From Lingula anatina (taxonomy: Eukaryota; Animalia; Brachiopoda): DNA of 64,000 nucleotides. The first letter of the stretch is position 1, and the number at the start of each line of letters is the position of its first letter. Location: assembly GCA_051362555.1 (NCBI GenBank), contig CM120647.1, positions 7,440,001-7,504,000 on the forward strand, read 5' to 3'. A program made the translations under genes and the position numbers. This document shows, piece after piece, positions 61,434 to 64,000 of the stretch. The notes beneath the pieces are model-generated. The model searched no databases. It saw only the letters and a list, made by a program, of their open reading frames with translations, and was not told the origin of the DNA.

Positions 61434-62906
61434 TAAATATCACCCTTCATAAGACATTCAATCAAAAATACACTTGTTTGAACTGTCCCCACTTTTTGCA
61501 CCCATCCCCCAAAACCATGTTTGAACATGGTGAATTTCAAAGGTTCATGTACCCACTAGCAGAAGTCCTATGGCTGTCAAAACTGTATGGGTCTGTTAAG
61601 GAACATTAGGAAGATAAAATACAAAAGAGATCCTGGTGGCCTTTTATTTTGTTGACGATACATCGATGCCTTCAAATGTCTATAAATTTAGATGGGTGTT
61701 GCTCTTGTCTTGGCAAGTAATACCTGCCTATTCCCTCTAATCACGGCACAATATGTATCTAACAAGAGTAGGTAATTACCCTCTTACAGAGATGTTAACC
61801 TTTATACTCATGCACTGGCGATTTGTGAAAAATGTGCAGCGTTGATCAAGACATTTTAATCGTTGAAGATTAAAACGTTCTTCAACCTGCTAGTTGTCTC
61901 AAGTTTCTATCCTTTGCTCAAAAAAATAAAACACGTGTGTCACCCCTTCTAAATAATAACAGTCAACTTTTAGATGTCGTAAAAAACAGACGTCGGATAA
62001 ATCACAAACTCTGTCCATATCCGTTAAGGTCGACAAACCAGGGAACAAAATTGAAAAATGTACAACATAATTAGAATCTTTTAAAACATATTTATCATAA
62101 CTTATCACAACAATTAATCAAGAAATATTCAAGTTTTTGATATATTGAATCATATAAGGAAATGTATTTATTTCAACCTGTTGACAAATAGCTTTAGGCT
62201 ACTGGCAGGTCCGGGTAGGCCACTACATCCTAGGGAACGCACCTTCACAGGGCATGTTTTCCCAGGAACGGAGGTCTGTAAGTTTCTTGGGGACATGCAT
62301 TCCTTTCACATTGGTCATTTAAAACATAAATATTAAATTAGAAATCGAATAAGACTTCAAATTTAAGTGTAGGAACGGGCCAACCAATAATTTTCAATGC
62401 TGTTCTCTATCCCAGGAAAATTCTTTGTGGCTGGAAAGTCCCGAGGAGAACTCTTTTAAAGACCCATATGGACCCAGCGTCAGTGGAGCGTGGATTCCCA
62501 GTAATGCATATAAACCACTTATACTAGTATCTTGTACAACTCAAATAAGTTCAATATGCCAAAGGATAAACCAAATTAATCACTTAATTAACAATAAAAA
62601 AGATTTAAACTGTTCCTCTCTTTAAATTTGGTGCTAAATTTAACCTACTTATCTGACCTACTTATTGGTCCCATTTATATACAGCTAAGAAAGGTACATG
62701 TAGCAGAACAATCTATTTAATTTTTTTTTTTTTTTTTTTTTTTTTTTGGGGGGGGGGGGTAATATTAAACAATGTCTTTTGGTAATTCTCTCAGTTATAA
62801 TATTTGAAACTATATGCTGGCATTTGGTTGGCTTTAGTAACAAAAAATGACTTCTTATATATCTTTTATTATCTAATTTTTATATATAAATACATGTACA
62901 AATATA

Positions 62907-64000
62907 CAGACTTGACATTTAATATGGAATATTTTTTTCCCAATCATTTTTCATCAGTTTTTTCCTATTTTGCTGACTGATAAATGAAAATAAGGATTAA
63001 AATCGCGTTTAAATAACTTTTAATTATCTCTTTGATGTCATTGTGACATCAGTTCATTAATCGGATTCGCCAGAGAAGCAAACAAAAACACATTGCCTAT
63101 TCTATGTCATACGATAATAATTAAAAGATATATTTTGGATCTCCATATTTTCCAAATTATTTTCTGTAAAAGAGTTACACGCCTCACAAAGAACCCCCAT
63201 GTCAGTGTCTAGTCACAGTAACGGTCGCTGTTACGCTTGACCTCTTCTGTCTGCTACCAGCGCTCTCAAGTGGCAAGGCATTACTTGGGTTAGGTTTTTA
63301 GAGTTCAATCTGGAATAACATTCCAGGCATCGGTCAAAATCTGTCCAATTTGGTCCAGTTTTGTTGTAGAACATGTAGACCATTGATTCGGCGAGTAATG
63401 GCCTACCCACATGTTATCTATGTGGTTCAAATATGGCGATTTTGATTACCAAGATAGCTGCTCATTCCTTTGGTTCTGTAAGTAATCTGCTATTAAAAGT
63501 GCTCTGTGGGTACCGGCAATTTTACCGTGCAACCTAAAATTGTTCCTAAGGTGCCCCCTATCAAATGATAGTCAAGTGGTTCCCAGATTATTCCTTTATT
63601 TGATCTGGTTCAGGTTTTCGTGGATGACCATCATTGGTGTTTTGGCACCAATGTGGTATCCACTCCAATTACTGACGCTGTTAATGGCCTTAGTCACTTT
63701 AGACGCGGCACACGCTTAGTCGATGGTCTCTTCTGTATGTCTGTAAACTCTGTTTTGACTAGTTGAGCGGTACAGGTGAAATCTGACCTCAATAAAGAAA
63801 GTCACGAGGTTTCAGTGTTCAACTCAGAAACGGTCAAGGTCCCCAGTTCATTAGAGAAACATACAACAATGTTTTGCTGTTTACAGTGGGTTCCCCTGAG
63901 GTCGTCTGGTATTCTAACCAGCTAAAACCAGTTTGGTGTTCGCTAAGGGCCTTGAAAAATGCGTTTTGGTGGCAATTTAGCCCTCATTCTGAACGGACTG
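62907..64000 (-). mobile_element. Tc1-family transposon with decayed transposase, runs off window end
   Basis: TA + TIR CAGACTTGACATTTAATATGG; minus-strand relics FIEVRF, VIHENLN, THRALLIADY, SKSPYLNHIDNMW, LTDAWNVIP with stops. Confidence 0.8.

Larger units (their letters stand above)
57334..64000. repeat. Segmental duplication unit D (partial; upstream region of gene 3)
   Basis: 57334-62900 aligns by eye with 1-3290, 19048-23760 and 32795-38330. Confidence 0.85.

Noticed and set aside
1-64000. Array as a mis-assembly of haplotypes
   Set aside because: Units differ by many substitutions and by unit-specific TE insertions with clean TSDs, and there are at least four; this fits real paralogs better than uncollapsed alleles, though read depth was not checked.

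Overview
AT-rich, intron-containing invertebrate (probably marine, mollusc-like) genomic DNA; no prokaryotic features. The whole window is a degenerate tandem segmental duplication with unit starts at about 1, 19048, 32795 and 57334. Each complete unit carries two convergent genes. On the + strand is a decayed copy of the translation-initiation gene eIF2B-delta (EIF2B4-like): three pseudogenes with stops, frameshifts, deletions and TE insertions. On the - strand is a 3-exon gene for a ~630-640 aa Cys-rich protein with an N-terminal hydrophobic leader, a KKRFRR furin-type site, a somatomedin-B-like CxCDxxCxxxxDCC motif, a Cys-rich region resembling invertebrate adhesion/Methuselah-like GPCR ectodomains, and a GPI-like C-terminal tail instead of a 7TM domain. 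Two copies are intact, one has a single +1 slip in a T-run, and the upstream region of a fourth copy lies at the window start. The units are differently loaded with transposons: TTAA-site Kolobok-like and piggyBac-like elements, CCC-terminus 2-bp-TSD elements, Tc1 relics, 5'-truncated LINEs, hairpin elements, and an unusual 320-bp element with perfect 55-bp inverted repeats, a 5-bp TSD and a Gypsy integrase zinc-finger fragment. All family assignments come from motif recognition by eye, not database searches.
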